NCBI GenBank assembly: GCA_015067005.1
Contig: SVNH01000007.1
Location: 41,410 to 105,409 of the forward strand
DNA from: Ruminococcus flavefaciens
GTDB lineage: Bacteria > Bacillota > Clostridia > Oscillospirales > Ruminococcaceae
Length of the DNA stretch: 64,000 nucleotides
Direction: 5' to 3'
In this document: positions 9,867 through 19,303 of the stretch, one piece after another
Position numbering within the stretch: position 1 is the first letter of the stretch
Layout of the letters: every line of letters begins with the position of its first letter
Notes under the pieces: model-generated
What the model was told of the DNA's origin: nothing
What the model saw: only the letters and a program-made list of their open reading frames with translations
Database searches by the model: none
Program-made: the position numbers and the translations under genes

Positions 9867-11795
9867 ATGTCTACCTATAAAGTCGCATTGATAGTCGAGG
9901 AAATGGATCAGTCTTACCAGAGTTCTATCCTCAGCGGTATATCTTCAGCAGCTGCTGAGTTCTCGCTCAATATTTCTGTTTTCGTTTCATTCAGCGGCTC
10001 TATCAATCCAGATCACGAAAAAGGTGAATTCAATATCTTCAACCTGCCGGATTTCAACGACTTCGACGGCGCTATCCTCCTGACTAACACTCTTGCTCAT
10101 CAGAATGTCGTAGATGAGATACTTGAACGCATCAAAGCCGCAGGTATCCCTGCTGTCAGTCTCGATAATGATATACCTTACCTTTACCATGTCGGCATAG
10201 ATAACAGAACTGCTATGTACCGTATAACAGAGCATCTCATCAATGCTCACGGGTTCACAAGGTTTGCGTATATTTCAGGTCCGGATGATAATCCGGAAAG
10301 CTGCGACCGTCTGAATGGGTTCCTCGAAGTTCTCCACGAGCATAACCTTTCCATTCCGGATGAGTTCATCTATCGGGGCAGCTTCCGTGCCCCTTCAGGC
10401 AGACACGCTGTCGATCACTTTCTTTCCCTCGGCTGCGATCTTCCGGAAGCCATTATCTGTGCCAATGACGTTATGGCCGCTGCCGCTATCAACCGTCTAA
10501 CCGATGCCGGCTACAAAGTTCCGGACGACATTGCTGTCACAGGATTCGATAATACTTACAACTCACACAACTACCACATTGAGCTTACTACTGTTGACCG
10601 TCCGCTCGCGCTCTCGGGCAGACTTGCCTGCAAAATGCTGTTTAACCATTTCAATAATATGCCGCAGGACAGAAGTGTTATCCTGAATATGTCAACACGA
10701 TTCACGGAAAGCTGCGGCTGTGCTCATAATGCAAACCGTAAGCTTTCAGAGTTCAGGGAACTCAATTACCGCAATTATATGCGCTTTGAGAAATCACAGG
10801 ACTTTATGTCCGACCTCAATAAGCTTTCTGTTGACCTTATCAGCACCGATTCATTTGAGCAGTTTTTGTCTTATCTGAAGAATTTTACCAAGAAATTCTC
10901 TCCTGAGGAATACTACTTCTGCCTTTGTGACAACTGGCTGTGCGATGCTGATATTGACGAGCTGCGTCCAAACAAGGTGAAGTCACTCGGAGACGTTACG
11001 GAATTCACCGATGATATACTGGTACCGATCGCTTATATCAACGGAGTTTTTTGCGATGTTCCAAAGATAAAGCGTAAAGAGATCATTCCGCACATCCTCG
11101 ATAACCAGAAGCCGGGCAGGGTTTATTATCACATTCCCCTGCATTTCGGCGACAGATGTCTCGGATATATGGTCATATGCAACTCAAAACTGCCCCTGCA
11201 CAATTCAATGTTCGAGACCTTCTGCATAACTCTGAGCAACTCCCTTGAAAACATACGCAAGGTCATAACTCTTGAAAATGCTCTGGAACGTCTCGGCAAG
11301 CTGTATGCAACTGATACTTTCTCAGGTATCAATAACCGCAACGGATTTGTACTCGAATCTGAGGACGTTTACCGCCAGTGCGTTGAGGAGCAAAGAGACA
11401 TTATGCTGATGTTCATTGATCTGGACGGCTTGAAAAAGATCAATGACACTTACGGACACGATACCGGCGACAAGGCTATCTGCTGCATTGCCGATGTGCT
11501 TGTAAAATCCTGCGTAAACGGCGAAATATTCTGCCGTTTCGGCGGCGATGAATTTATCGTATTCGCTGCCGACTTTACCGATCTTCAGGCTCAGAAGCTT
11601 ACAAAAGACATCCAGAACAACATAACAGAAATTAATAACAGCGGTAAGAATCCTTTTACTCTTAGCGCAAGTACCGGTTATGTTATCGCTAAACCTCAGG
11701 AGGGTGAAGACATTTTCAATTTCGTTACGGATGCCGATAATGTCATGTACACTCAGAAGCGAAAAAAGAAGCTTTCAAAATACCTGAAAGGTTGA
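9867..11795 (+). CDS. cytoplasmic PBP1 (LacI-type sugar-binding) - GAF-like - GGDEF diguanylate cyclase
   Basis: The N-terminal 290 aa resemble the LacI/RbsB-type ligand domain without an HTH (ICANDVMAAAAINRL, GFDN). The C-terminus has intact DLDGLKKINDTYGHDTGD and RFGGDEF motifs. No TM segment. The start is set at ATG 9867 after AAGGGGTG. Confidence 0.8.
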   Translation: MSTYKVALIVEEMDQSYQSSILSGISSAAAEFSLNISVFVSFSGSINPDHEKGEFNIFNLPDFNDFDGAILLTNTLAHQNVVDEILERIKAAGIPAVSLDNDIPYLYHVGIDNRTAMYRITEHLINAHGFTRFAYISGPDDNPESCDRLNGFLEVLHEHNLSIPDEFIYRGSFRAPSGRHAVDHFLSLGCDLPEAIICANDVMAAAAINRLTDAGYKVPDDIAVTGFDNTYNSHNYHIELTTVDRPLALSGRLACKMLFNHFNNMPQDRSVILNMSTRFTESCGCAHNANRKLSEFRELNYRNYMRFEKSQDFMSDLNKLSVDLISTDSFEQFLSYLKNFTKKFSPEEYYFCLCDNWLCDADIDELRPNKVKSLGDVTEFTDDILVPIAYINGVFCDVPKIKRKEIIPHILDNQKPGRVYYHIPLHFGDRCLGYMVICNSKLPLHNSMFETFCITLSNSLENIRKVITLENALERLGKLYATDTFSGINNRNGFVLESEDVYRQCVEEQRDIMLMFIDLDGLKKINDTYGHDTGDKAICCIADVLVKSCVNGEIFCRFGGDEFIVFAADFTDLQAQKLTKDIQNNITEINNSGKNPFTLSASTGYVIAKPQEGEDIFNFVTDADNVMYTQKRKKKLSKYLKG

Positions 11796-11807
11796 TATTA
11801 AAATAAG

Positions 11808-11828
11808 CGTACCGCTAAGCGGTACGCC
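11808..11828. terminator. bidirectional terminator between convergent genes
   Basis: GCGTACCGC-TAA-GCGGTACGC perfect 9-bp stem, with A/T runs on both sides. Confidence 0.7.
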
Positions 11829-11841
11829 TATTTATTGCTGT

Positions 11842-13746
11842 TTATGAGAAATCGTCGATAAGATTGAGTGTGAATCTCTGGATTATCAGAGCATCGTTCG
11901 GAGTAAGTCCAGCCTTGCCGTCAACATCTCCGTTGATCTTTCCGATCTCTGTGATACGGTCTTCACTTGTTCCGTCAACATCGTACTTCTTAGGATTGAG
12001 AGTACACTGCATTACCATTACCACGTCAGACATATCTACTGAGTCGTCGCAGTTTGCATCGCCCAGAAGTGTGGGCTTGAGTTCTTCTGTTGTTGGCTCT
12101 GTCGGAACTTCTGCGTAGTATACCTCAACATTATCAACAGTTATGGTATCTGATTCGCCATAGTAGTAGCCGAATACAACGTTTCCTTCCGGATTAACGA
12201 TGCTCTTGTCAGGTGTTGCTCCTGCAATACTATCAGGAAGTATCCACATTATCTCGACCTTTTCCTCTGCACCGATAATTGCAGAATTAACAGGATCCTG
12301 ATACCAGTATTTGCTGCTCTTGTTTGTTGTACCTGTACCTGTTCCATATACGAGCTTATTGATAGGCTTATCTGCTGAGACATCAAAGCGGATAGCATAA
12401 GGTCTCATATCAGCTGTTATACCCAGATCCTCATATGAGATCTCAAAATTCTTCTTTGAATCAGCTGTTGCAGTACAGTCAAGAGTCTTCTTCTGCTTGG
12501 TCTTTGTTGAACCGGTGTAAGGTATCGTCTTGGTTACAGTATATGTAATTGCAGCACCTGTTATCTTGACAGGATCTTTGCTTGTGATCTCTGTATACTT
12601 TGAAGCCTCTTTAGTACCGTACCAGAACTGGAATCCGATAGAATCGCTCGGTCTTGTAGTCTGGCACTCCTGAACCTCAGCCGGAACATCCCAGAGACAC
12701 TGGATATATTTTCCTGCACCTTCGAGAGTTGTTCCCTCTCCTATTTCTTCCAAGCCAAACTCAACGCCGTCAGCTTCGAGCTCTTCCTTGACCTCAGCGC
12801 CCATTTCATTATACCAGTAGCCTGCATTTGCTTTTCCTGATACCTGTGCCTTTGCATATTCAGTATCAGCAGCAGAGCCTTTTTCTACGTTGGTTCCGCA
12901 GCCATACATGAACTTATCAATATCATAATCAGATTCAACAGTAACTAAAAGTGATTCGATAGTTACATTGCCGTCAGACGGGATCCCGAAATCGCTGTAT
13001 TTGAACTTGTGACTGTTGATAGGATCGCCTTCCTCAGGAACGATGCCTTTCTTCTCATAGTATTCATCATCATAGCCAACTGTGAGTTCGTAATCAAGTT
13101 CGTCAAGCTGCTTTGAGATAGTAGCGGAAATTGTTGCTGTGCCGTCCTTGTTATCCTTGAACGACCATGTTCCGCTCTTCTTGTTCTTCGTTTCAGGAGT
13201 TGAACTTGAACTGCTTGAAGAACCGCTTGAGAAATCAACATCTGTAAGCTTTACAGTATTTGCTACCATGTCTTTCTTTGAATTATCCCAATGAGCAGAA
13301 TAGTAGCATCTGAACTCAAATGTTCCGCCCGGCTTTGCATTTATCTCAGAAAGATCAATGGTTATCGTGCTGGAAGCTTTATCAAGCTTGCAAGCTGTTC
13401 CCTCTACCTTTGAGCCTGCACCGCCTTCCATCCACTCGCCGCTCTTATCGAGTTCGAGCCAATATGGTTTTTCAGCAGTTGAACAGCCAAATCCGTAAGA
13501 GAAGCTCTGTCCGGCATAATTGGTGTCAAGTGTGAATGTAACAGAATCCGCACCGTCTTCAGGGATAGTTCCCTTATATACCGATGTATCGTCCATAGTC
13601 TGTGAAAGTCCCTTGCAGACTGTGATAGACGATGAATCCGGTACTGAAACTGCATTTACCGGTGCCGAACATACCGGCACCATAGCAGCAGCCATAGTAA
13701 GGCTTAAAACAGTAGCTTTGATTCTGTTCCTGAGTTGTTTCTTCAT
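11842..13746 (-). CDS. secreted non-catalytic cellulosomal protein: three related beta-sandwich (CBM-like) modules plus dockerin
   Basis: Signal peptide, then repeated module signatures: SFSYGFGCS..FEFRCYYSAHW; KFMYGCGT..GFQFWYGT; KLVYGTGTG..VVFGYYYGE. There is a Ser-rich linker. The C-terminal dockerin reads GDANCDDSVDMSDVVMVMQCTLNPKKYD...NGDVDGKAGLTPNDALIIQRF. Confidence 0.7.
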   Translation of the reverse strand: MKKQLRNRIKATVLSLTMAAAMVPVCSAPVNAVSVPDSSSITVCKGLSQTMDDTSVYKGTIPEDGADSVTFTLDTNYAGQSFSYGFGCSTAEKPYWLELDKSGEWMEGGAGSKVEGTACKLDKASSTITIDLSEINAKPGGTFEFRCYYSAHWDNSKKDMVANTVKLTDVDFSSGSSSSSSSTPETKNKKSGTWSFKDNKDGTATISATISKQLDELDYELTVGYDDEYYEKKGIVPEEGDPINSHKFKYSDFGIPSDGNVTIESLLVTVESDYDIDKFMYGCGTNVEKGSAADTEYAKAQVSGKANAGYWYNEMGAEVKEELEADGVEFGLEEIGEGTTLEGAGKYIQCLWDVPAEVQECQTTRPSDSIGFQFWYGTKEASKYTEITSKDPVKITGAAITYTVTKTIPYTGSTKTKQKKTLDCTATADSKKNFEISYEDLGITADMRPYAIRFDVSADKPINKLVYGTGTGTTNKSSKYWYQDPVNSAIIGAEEKVEIMWILPDSIAGATPDKSIVNPEGNVVFGYYYGESDTITVDNVEVYYAEVPTEPTTEELKPTLLGDANCDDSVDMSDVVMVMQCTLNPKKYDVDGTSEDRITEIGKINGDVDGKAGLTPNDALIIQRFTLNLIDDFS

Positions 13747-13935
13747 TTCTGATCAATCCTTTCAAATAATAAATAATAATGATATAAGATTTGCCCTCTT
13801 TATACAGGCACATTATACCATACATTAAGCCGGCAAATGTTAACAAATTATGAATGACAAGCAAAAATCGTTATAAACAATAAATATCGCAGACATTATT
13901 TGTTAATAATTACCATACTTTCCCGGAGGTTTTAC

Positions 13936-14400
13936 ATGAAAAAGTTTATTTCGCTCTTATCAATTATTGCTATTGCAGCTGCACCAACGTCCTGCACCAG
14001 CAAATCATCTTCCACGGACAGCACTAAAGCTTCAGCTGCTGTAAGTGGCGCATATGACAATTCAAGTGCAGACAAGTATGTCGGTTCATGGAGCAGCGGA
14101 AGATGTTCCATAACCGTATATGAAGAAGATGGCAAATACCCGGTAATGATACGTTGGGCTACGAACGCTTCAGATTACAGTGAATGGGAATATTCCTGCA
14201 CTTACAATGAAGATAAATGCTCTCTGATCTGTGATGGCGGCGCTGTACGCACAGACCGCTTCTTTGACAGCAGCATCGGCGCTGAAAAATCGGAAGTCAG
14301 ATACACCGATGGTAAGGCAGAATTCACTCTCAGCAACGACAAACTTATATGGAATGACCTCATTGATAATGCAGGAAAAAATATGCTCTTTGAACGATAA
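13936..14400 (+). CDS. lipoprotein of unknown function
   Basis: MKKFISLLSIIAIAAAPTSC lipobox-like signal. GGAGG SD upstream of ATG 13936. Confidence 0.6.
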   Translation: MKKFISLLSIIAIAAAPTSCTSKSSSTDSTKASAAVSGAYDNSSADKYVGSWSSGRCSITVYEEDGKYPVMIRWATNASDYSEWEYSCTYNEDKCSLICDGGAVRTDRFFDSSIGAEKSEVRYTDGKAEFTLSNDKLIWNDLIDNAGKNMLFER

Positions 14401-14534
14401 ATTATTGTAGGCTAAGTTATCTGAACAGTTAAGCCTATCATATCACAAAGACATTTACAACACTTCTGAAAAATGATATAATAGAAGTGACATAGTTTCA
14501 AAACAAAAACTCTATTCAAAGTGAGGTAACAGCT

Positions 14535-15104
14535 ATGGAATCATACAGAATAACAGCCGATGAGGCGAAGAAAAGGCTCGAAAACGGAAACATTGAATAT
14601 GTTAATACTAATAAATCAGTCTGTGACACATCTTTGGAGCAGCTCAAAAAATTCAGTGAGAACGGTCAGCAGCCTTATGCGATAATCATTACCTGTTCAG
14701 ATTCGAGAGTTGTGCCGGAACTGATATTCTCAGCAGGTATCGGTGACCTTTTCGTCATAAGAGTTGCAGGAAACGTTATCGACTCACACCAGCTCGGCAG
14801 TATAGAGTACGCTGCTGAGCACCTCGGCACGGGACTTATCGTTGTACTCGGTCACGACCACTGCGGAGCCGTTGATGCCGCCATGAACCACGAACCCGAC
14901 GGCTACATCAAGTACATCACAGACGAGATAGTCAAGGCTATCGGCGACGAAAAGGATGAAGTCAAGGCTTGCTGTCTGAACGTCAAGCATAGCTGCGAGA
15001 TCATCGAGCACAGCTTACAGATACAGAAGGACGAGCGCGAATACGGACTGAAAGTTCTCGGCGCTATCTATCATCTTGAAAGCGGAGAGGTCGAGTTCTT
15101 ATGA
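14535..15104 (+). CDS. beta-class carbonic anhydrase
   Basis: Zinc-ligand motifs CSDSRV and GHDHCGAV. Confidence 0.85.
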   Translation: MESYRITADEAKKRLENGNIEYVNTNKSVCDTSLEQLKKFSENGQQPYAIIITCSDSRVVPELIFSAGIGDLFVIRVAGNVIDSHQLGSIEYAAEHLGTGLIVVLGHDHCGAVDAAMNHEPDGYIKYITDEIVKAIGDEKDEVKACCLNVKHSCEIIEHSLQIQKDEREYGLKVLGAIYHLESGEVEFL

Positions 15105-15553
15105 TAAGGATAATGTTCGTCTGCCACGGCAATATCTGCCGCTCGCCAATGGCTGAGTTTGTTATGAAAAAGCTGGTATCAGACGCAGGCTGCGGTGACG
15201 AGTTTTACATTGCTTCGAGTGCAACAAGTACTGAGGAACTCGGCAATCCTGTCTATCCGCCTGCACGTTCCGAGCTTGCAAATCACGGTATAGGCTGTGC
15301 CGGAAAGTACGCCGTACAGCTGAGAAAATCCGACTATGATAAATACGACTATTTCATCGGAATGGACACCGCCAATATCCGCAATATGAATCGCATTTTC
15401 GGCAGTGACAAGGACGAAAAAATATACAAGCTCCTCACCTTTGCAGGTCGGGGCGATGATGTTTCAGATCCGTGGTACAGCCGTGATTTTGGTAAAGCTT
15501 ACGCTGACATTGAGGAAGGCTGCAAGGAACTTCTCGCTCGCCTTATGAAGTGA
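15101..15553 (+). CDS. low-molecular-weight protein-tyrosine phosphatase
   Basis: P-loop VCHGNICRSPMAE (CX5R-S) and a DPWY Asp loop. The ATGA overlap with the carbonic anhydrase stop implies translational coupling. Confidence 0.9.
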   Translation: MIRIMFVCHGNICRSPMAEFVMKKLVSDAGCGDEFYIASSATSTEELGNPVYPPARSELANHGIGCAGKYAVQLRKSDYDKYDYFIGMDTANIRNMNRIFGSDKDEKIYKLLTFAGRGDDVSDPWYSRDFGKAYADIEEGCKELLARLMK

Positions 15554-15620
15554 TAAGGTTAAGAATATGCAAACAGAGCGCAAATTTCGCAATAGACTCT
15601 GATAATGTGCTGATATACAG

Positions 15621-15652
15621 ATAAGACCGACTGCTTTCGCAATCGGTCTTAT
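15621..15652. terminator. terminator between convergent genes
   Basis: ATAAGACCGA...TCGGTCTTAT 10-bp stem followed by CATTTAT. Confidence 0.6.
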
Positions 15653-15720
15653 CATTTATAATTATATTGTACTATTCACAGTTTTAGAATAGACTTGCTT
15701 TTATCGTAATATGAATCGGC

Positions 15721-16428
15721 TTATCGTCCGATAATGTTTCTGATATTCTGCATTCTTCTGTCCCATGCAGCACTCTGATCGGCGCAGACTTTCATCTCGC
15801 CCGAAAGGAATCTAAGCTGTGCAGCAGAAAGATCCTTTTTATACCTTAGCTTATGCTCAAGACTTGCCCAGAAGTCCATTGCAATGGTTCTAAGCTGAAC
15901 CTCAACCTTGATCGGTCTTTTTTCATGCTCAAGGAATATAGGTACCTCCACTATAAGGTGCAGACTGCGGTAGCCATTCGGCTTAGGATCGCGGATATAA
16001 TCCTTCTTTTCGATAAGACGTATGTCATCCTGTGCAAGGAAACAATCAGCAAGGTGGTAGATGTCCTGTATAAACGAGCATACAACTCTTACACCTGCAA
16101 TATCATGTATGCTGCTTTCAATTGCATCGAGATTCTTCGGTATGGATTTGGATTCCATTTTCTTATAAAGACTGCCATAGCTTTTGATTCTCGACTCGAT
16201 AAACTCTATCGGATTGCTCTCACCATGCAGCGAAAACTGCTCGTTAAGCACCTTGAATTTCGTTTCAACTTCCATTATCGCACATTTATAATACATAAAG
16301 AATTGCTGCAAAGATGTCATATCTTTCTCTATTGAACTCAGAAACTGCGACTCTGTCATTTCGGAAGCTACAAAATCCTTTACCGTTTCTATATTATCTG
16401 AAATGTACTTTGTATCAATACTGTTCAT
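15721..16428 (-). CDS. small alarmone synthetase (RelQ/RelP-like GTP pyrophosphokinase)
   Basis: Single-domain 235-aa protein with RelA/SpoT synthetase motifs IAGVRVVC, NGYRSLHLIV and VEVQLRTIAMDFWASLEHKLRYK. Confidence 0.85.
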   Translation of the reverse strand: MNSIDTKYISDNIETVKDFVASEMTESQFLSSIEKDMTSLQQFFMYYKCAIMEVETKFKVLNEQFSLHGESNPIEFIESRIKSYGSLYKKMESKSIPKNLDAIESSIHDIAGVRVVCSFIQDIYHLADCFLAQDDIRLIEKKDYIRDPKPNGYRSLHLIVEVPIFLEHEKRPIKVEVQLRTIAMDFWASLEHKLRYKKDLSAAQLRFLSGEMKVCADQSAAWDRRMQNIRNIIGR

Positions 16429-16757
16429 ATTTTTTCAAAACCCTCTAATCTGCGCTTATTAACGCACATACTACTTGATAATTATATCACATGATAGACT
16501 GTTTTTCAATAGTTTTTTGTCCGGAAATTATTAATTTATTCTTAATTATTCCAAACAAAAAACAGAGCGACTATTGCCGCCCTGCTTTTTTAGATCAACC
16601 TTTATAAATGTACTTTTTGGGTCTTTCCTTAATAATATAATACCATACGTATTCGGTTTTGTCAATAGCCGGCAGAAAAATTAACAATTTGTATACAATA
16701 TATTTTCTTTGCGTTAAAAACTTTCCCTGCACTTCCCTATTATCCGTTTGAATCACT

Positions 16758-16791
16758 AAGGCGCTCCCGGAAAAATTCCCGGAGCGCCCTT
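16758..16791. terminator. terminator downstream of the GH44 gene
   Basis: GGCGCTCCCGG-AAAAATT-CCCGGAGCGCC stem-loop. Confidence 0.6.
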
Positions 16792-16842
16792 CGTTTAATG
16801 TTTTCTATTCTTTTCTATTTATACCAGGAGAGGTTTTTATGC

Positions 16843-19254
16843 TTATTCAAATTTTGTTATTATCTTAAGAATGAACTGCTGGATAGCAAGCGCATCTGTA
16901 ATGTCAAGACCATTCTTGTTTACGTCGCCGTTCTTAACGCCTTCATCCTTGATCCTGTCCTCACTTGTACCATTAACTCCGTATTTAGCCGGATTGAGAC
17001 AAGCCTGCATTACGATAACTACGTCTGACATATCTACTCCGCCATCACAGTTTGCATCACCGTTAGGCTCAAATGCATCCTCAGTAGTATCAGTTACCGG
17101 ATCTTTGCTTGAAGGCTCAACAGCGCCATCGTTGTCGTAAACGAGAGTGATAGTGTTATATGTAACGCTTACATCCTCTCCGCTTGATGAGTTAGCGGAA
17201 GACTTCCACCAATCCTGGAATTCGATGTATGTATCGTTATAAGTCGCCTTGACTTCGAGGTTCTTATCCTTATTATCAGGATCCGGGATAGTGAATGTGC
17301 CGTCCATTTCGACCTCGACATCGCCTGAGCCGTTGTAAGAGAATGACTTGTTGCCCCAGCCGTAGTTAGTACCGTCTGTACCTACGAGCTTGTTAAAGCA
17401 GAGACCGCCGCCGCCGCAGTACCATGCAGAGCCTGTGCTGCTGCTTGCTGTGCAGTTAATGATTATTCTCTTGAGCTTCTTATCCTCAAGCGGGATCATA
17501 GGTACCTTGTTAGGTGACATATCAAGATCAGCGAAGTTGTATTTAACCTCAGTTTCGTTTATTACAGGCGGAACATAGATCTCAGCATCTGATTCCTTAT
17601 CTGAGAGGACTACCTGAGCGAAGGAAAGTGCAGGAAGTTCAACTGTTACCTTGTTATCCTTGACATCGTTGTCGATGCTTACAACTCTGATGCCGCTGTC
17701 TTCCTGAGTTACAGCGTATACAGTAGCGCTCTTGTACTTGCTTTTTGCCCCTGAAAGGTCGATAGTAGCCTTTTCAGACTTGGTCTCATCCTTGTTGCCG
17801 AGAACAACAGTTACCTTTGAATCGTCATCGCCGTTGATAGCAGCGTAAGCATATGACTTTGAAAGATCCTCAGTTGAAGTCTTTAAGAGTGTATCGCCAA
17901 ATGAGCTTCCCTTTCCGTCATAGTTAGTGTAGAGGTTGATCGCGGACTCTACGAAAGGAGCGGTTGAAAGAGTGCCCCAGTAGGTTGCGAAGTAAACATC
18001 GTTATCAGCAAAAGCACCGAGAGCCTCTGCCTCTGCGATACCGGAATGTATCATCTTTCCAGTAACCTTCTCGTTTGCGATGTTGCCGAGGTTATACTCA
18101 GAAATAGCGATCTTTGTTCCCGGATAATACTTATCCACTGACTTCTTGAGATTTGCAAGGAACGGGAAGTACTGCTTGCCCCACGGCATGAGCCAGCTGT
18201 TCTCTTCGTATTCCGGATCATAAAGGCTTCTTGCAGCCTGAAGAATATCACTGTCGGAATTAAGTCCCTGTGAGTAGTAGTGAACGTCAATTACATCGAG
18301 GAGTCTCTTGCCAGCATCCTTTTCAGCCTTAGCCATAGACTCAAGATAATAATCAAGGAACCAGAAGTAATTCGACTTTACAGCCTGCCAATCCTTATCC
18401 TCAAAGGTTCCGGTAACAGCGCCGGTAGCCTTATCCTTTATCTCTGAACCGTCACCGCAGTTCATACATGGAAGCATTCCCCAGAAAGCCGGTCCGAATA
18501 CCTCAGCGTCAGGATCTATCTCCTTGACTACCTTTGCAAGCTCGATCGACTTGGTTATAAGCTCTGTGCTTGATACCTCTTCCGGGTGGAGATACGGATG
18601 AGTATCGTTCCAGAGAACAGGCTCGTTATCAAGGCTGTATCCCTGAATTCCTGTTTCAGACTTGGAATTTCCAAGCTTATTGACGATGTAATTTACATAC
18701 TCGTCCATGTATACCTTATCATCTGTAAGATCAGGCTCAAGTGAAAGCTCGCCATCTTTCTTGAATACTACTTCATTCCAGCGCTTTGAAGGTGCTGTTT
18801 CAGCTGCTGAAACATCGCCTGCCTTATCAGCTGCTACATAACCTGCCATCTGAAGTGTTACGAGCTTATAAGGGATATTCTTATCAGCAGCCATTGCAGA
18901 GAATTTTCTTACTGCACCAGCAGGTCCGTCAGCGAGATCGCCCTGATTAGTATCAGAACTGTTGTGCCAGTCCTCACCGGCATTTGACCAGTTGGTCTCC
19001 CAGTTGTAACCTGTGAAACGGTTACCGCCCTGACGTATGTTATTTACTGTTACCTTCTTCAGACTTGAAGTATCAAATGCATTTACGCCATAGATGTAAG
19101 GGCTGATCGACTTCTTTTCGCCTGAAAAATCGACAGATACCTTTGTTGAGTAGCTGCTTTCGCCTTCTGCTGCTACTGCTGGTCCCGGAAGTACTGATGC
19201 ACTTGAAAGCACACAGATTCCTGCAAGTAATCCTGCAAAGCTTCTTTTAACCAT
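16843..19254 (-). CDS. cellulosomal GH44 endoglucanase/xyloglucanase with C-terminal beta-sandwich module and dockerin
   Basis: GH44-type N-terminus: SPYIYGVN...GGNRFTGYNWETNWSNAGEDW...YSLDNEPVLW. Signal peptide MVKRSFAGLLAGICVLSSASV begins at ATG 19254, which has an AAGGAG SD; the 59-aa upstream extension in the track is rejected. C-terminal dockerin GDANCDGGVDMSDVVIVMQACLNPAKYG... Confidence 0.8.
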   Translation of the reverse strand: MVKRSFAGLLAGICVLSSASVLPGPAVAAEGESSYSTKVSVDFSGEKKSISPYIYGVNAFDTSSLKKVTVNNIRQGGNRFTGYNWETNWSNAGEDWHNSSDTNQGDLADGPAGAVRKFSAMAADKNIPYKLVTLQMAGYVAADKAGDVSAAETAPSKRWNEVVFKKDGELSLEPDLTDDKVYMDEYVNYIVNKLGNSKSETGIQGYSLDNEPVLWNDTHPYLHPEEVSSTELITKSIELAKVVKEIDPDAEVFGPAFWGMLPCMNCGDGSEIKDKATGAVTGTFEDKDWQAVKSNYFWFLDYYLESMAKAEKDAGKRLLDVIDVHYYSQGLNSDSDILQAARSLYDPEYEENSWLMPWGKQYFPFLANLKKSVDKYYPGTKIAISEYNLGNIANEKVTGKMIHSGIAEAEALGAFADNDVYFATYWGTLSTAPFVESAINLYTNYDGKGSSFGDTLLKTSTEDLSKSYAYAAINGDDDSKVTVVLGNKDETKSEKATIDLSGAKSKYKSATVYAVTQEDSGIRVVSIDNDVKDNKVTVELPALSFAQVVLSDKESDAEIYVPPVINETEVKYNFADLDMSPNKVPMIPLEDKKLKRIIINCTASSSTGSAWYCGGGGLCFNKLVGTDGTNYGWGNKSFSYNGSGDVEVEMDGTFTIPDPDNKDKNLEVKATYNDTYIEFQDWWKSSANSSSGEDVSVTYNTITLVYDNDGAVEPSSKDPVTDTTEDAFEPNGDANCDGGVDMSDVVIVMQACLNPAKYGVNGTSEDRIKDEGVKNGDVNKNGLDITDALAIQQFILKIITKFE

Positions 19255-19303
19255 GTTTTTAACTCCTTTTTTGTATCTGTAATGCCTGACAGATACATAT
19301 TTA

